The notes under the pieces were generated by a model. That model saw nothing but the letters and a program-made list of their open reading frames with translations. It had not been told where the DNA came from and did not search any database. DNA of 60,240 bases, the filler included. It is 6 parts of 6 records of this genome, joined end to end, with 100 filler letters (N's around TTAATTAATTAA, not from the genome) between each part and the next. Parts side by side here need not be neighbours in the genome. Positions count along the whole stretch, not along the records: positions 54,075 to 60,240 come from SRR2962707_4345; 5 more parts are not named here. One strand, written 5' to 3'. The position numbers and the translations under genes are program-made. Numbering within the stretch: position 1 is the stretch's first letter; the number at the start of each line of letters is the position of its first letter. Shown in pieces: positions 58,803 through 60,240 of this stretch.

Positions 58803-60240
58803 TTAACCAAGGCCAAGGCGGCGCTGCCACCAACCGACCTTCTTTTTCTTTCCGGGCTCAGATTCACTCTCAGCCTCGCCGTCGCTCTCGGCAGGCGCGT
58901 TGGTCTCCTCGACCGGTGCGGCGCTTGAGGTGACAACCACGCCCTCGGGCGGCAGATCCTTTTTCACGCGCCGGCTGCGCGCCGGCTTCTTTTCCTCCGC
59001 CGCGCTGTCATCGGCCTTGGGGGCCTCGGCAGGCGCGGTTTCGGTGACCGCCGGTTCGGCTGCGGCTTCAGTCGCCTCAGCCTTGGGCTTGCGCGCACGA
59101 GGCTTGCGCTTGGGCTTTTCCGCCGGCTTGTCTTCGGCAACAGGTTCGGCCGGCGCCTCATCTGAGCTGGCCGCGACCGGGGTGGTTTCGGCCGGAGCCG
59201 ATTCCTCGGTTTCGGTAACCTTCTTGCGACGGGTGCGCCGGGGCTTTTCGGCCGGCTTTTCCTCGGCGACGGGTGCCTGTTCGGCGCTCGATTCGGCGTT
59301 TACCTCGACATGATCGACAACCGCTTCTTCAGGCGCTGAAACGGCGGCCTCTGCAGTATCGGCTCCGGTATCGCCGTTCTGATCCCGGCGATTGCGGCGC
59401 CCGCCCCGACGACCGCGGCGGCGGCGGCGGCGTGTTTCACCATCGCTATCGCCTTCAACGGCCTGCCGGGCGTCTGCATCCTCACCACCGGTGTCGTCAT
59501 CTTCGGCAGCACTATCGGTGTCGCCATCCTGATCGGAACTGCCCTCGGACGCCTGTTGGGTCTGCTGGTCACCATTGCGGCCACCGCGGCGGCGCCGGCG
59601 GCGCCGACGGCGTCCGGACCCTTCGCCTTCTCCAGCATCCGCAGATCGCGATTCGGCTTCTTCAACTTCGATTTCGATTTCGACCTCGACGTCGTCTTCG
59701 GCCGCATCCTCGATCACGGCGCTGTCCACCCGCACATGGGCGGCTGCACGCTGATCGGCATAGGCCGAAACGCGGGTTTCGCCCTTTTCAATGGCGAACT
59801 GGTGGCCCGTCATCTTGCTGTCTGCGGTGATCGTGATCGAGAGCCTGTTGCGGGCCTCGAGCACCGAAAGCGTGTCGCGCTTGAAGTTGAGGATATAGAG
59901 CGCAACCTCGACCGGGACACGAACATTGATCGACTGACCCTGCTTGCGCAGCACATGATCCTCGATGTGGCGCATGATCATCAGCGCCAAGCTTTCGGTG
60001 GAGCGCACAAGACCGGTGCCATCGCAGATCGGGCATTTGTGGGTAGAGCTTTCCACGACGCCAAAACGGATACGCTGCCGGCTCATCTCCATCAGGCCGA
60101 AATGGGAGATGCGACCCACCTGGATGCGGGCGCGGTCGTCCTTCAGGCAATCCTTGAGCTTGCGCTCGACGGCCCGGTTGGAGCGGTTCTCCATCATGTC
60201 GATGAAGTCAATGACGATGAGGCCGGCCAGATCGCGCAGG
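58803..60240 (-). CDS. rne: Ribonuclease E, C-terminal part (5' end outside the window)
   Basis: LRDLAGLIVIDFIDM, ISHFGLMEMSRQR, Zn-link CPICDGTG, Arg-rich RNA-binding blocks, terminal GWW motif. Confidence 0.95.
   Translation of the reverse strand, partial: LRDLAGLIVIDFIDMMENRSNRAVERKLKDCLKDDRARIQVGRISHFGLMEMSRQRIRFGVVESSTHKCPICDGTGLVRSTESLALMIMRHIEDHVLRKQGQSINVRVPVEVALYILNFKRDTLSVLEARNRLSITITADSKMTGHQFAIEKGETRVSAYADQRAAAHVRVDSAVIEDAAEDDVEVEIEIEVEEAESRSADAGEGEGSGRRRRRRRRRGGRNGDQQTQQASEGSSDQDGDTDSAAEDDDTGGEDADARQAVEGDSDGETRRRRRRGRRGGRRNRRDQNGDTGADTAEAAVSAPEEAVVDHVEVNAESSAEQAPVAEEKPAEKPRRTRRKKVTETEESAPAETTPVAASSDEAPAEPVAEDKPAEKPKRKPRARKPKAEATEAAAEPAVTETAPAEAPKADDSAAEEKKPARSRRVKKDLPPEGVVVTSSAAPVEETNAPAESDGEAESESEPGKKKKVGWWQRRLGLG

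Overview
This window is not one genome. It is six unrelated contigs joined by artificial 100-bp linkers (N44-TTAATTAATTAA-N44 at 18546-18645, 26878-26977, 35776-35875, 44349-44448, 53975-54074), so gene neighbourhoods are only meaningful within a contig. Taxonomic labels below are inferred from gene content and order. Contig 1 (1-18545, alphaproteobacterium): radA-cvpA-purF-SDR; a DeoR regulator divergent from a 2-aminoethylphosphonate ABC transporter plus phnW-phnA-phnY and an uncharacterised TIM-barrel gene; a TPR glycosyltransferase; and a GlnA-like/FecR/LysE/Fe-ADH run. Contig 2 (Rhizobiales-like): cysK-alaX-orphan-sseA-GNAT-DUF1203, ald/aldR, a siderophore-interacting protein with a RirA box, HlyU, cpdB. 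Contig 3 (Alcanivorax-like): a MalT-type LuxR regulator divergent from SDR-thiolase-acyl-CoA ligase-TRAP, with a thrice-repeated promoter palindrome. Contig 4 (Alcanivorax-like): maeB, vapBC, a Fur-controlled TonB transducer/PepSY operon, panE, a DHA2 MFS pump. Contig 5 (Marinobacter-like): engB, a gluconate TRAP/gntK/gntR operon and a laoABCR-like long-chain alcohol oxidation cluster. Contig 6 (Hyphomicrobiales, Devosia-like): accC-accB-aroQ-dsbA, an aminotransferase, a GNAT and rne. The best novel candidate is an ~110-nt four-hairpin non-coding RNA at 49710-49820 (-), with a near-consensus sigmaE/AlgU promoter and its own terminator. No CRISPR array, tRNA, rRNA, transposase or integrase was seen.
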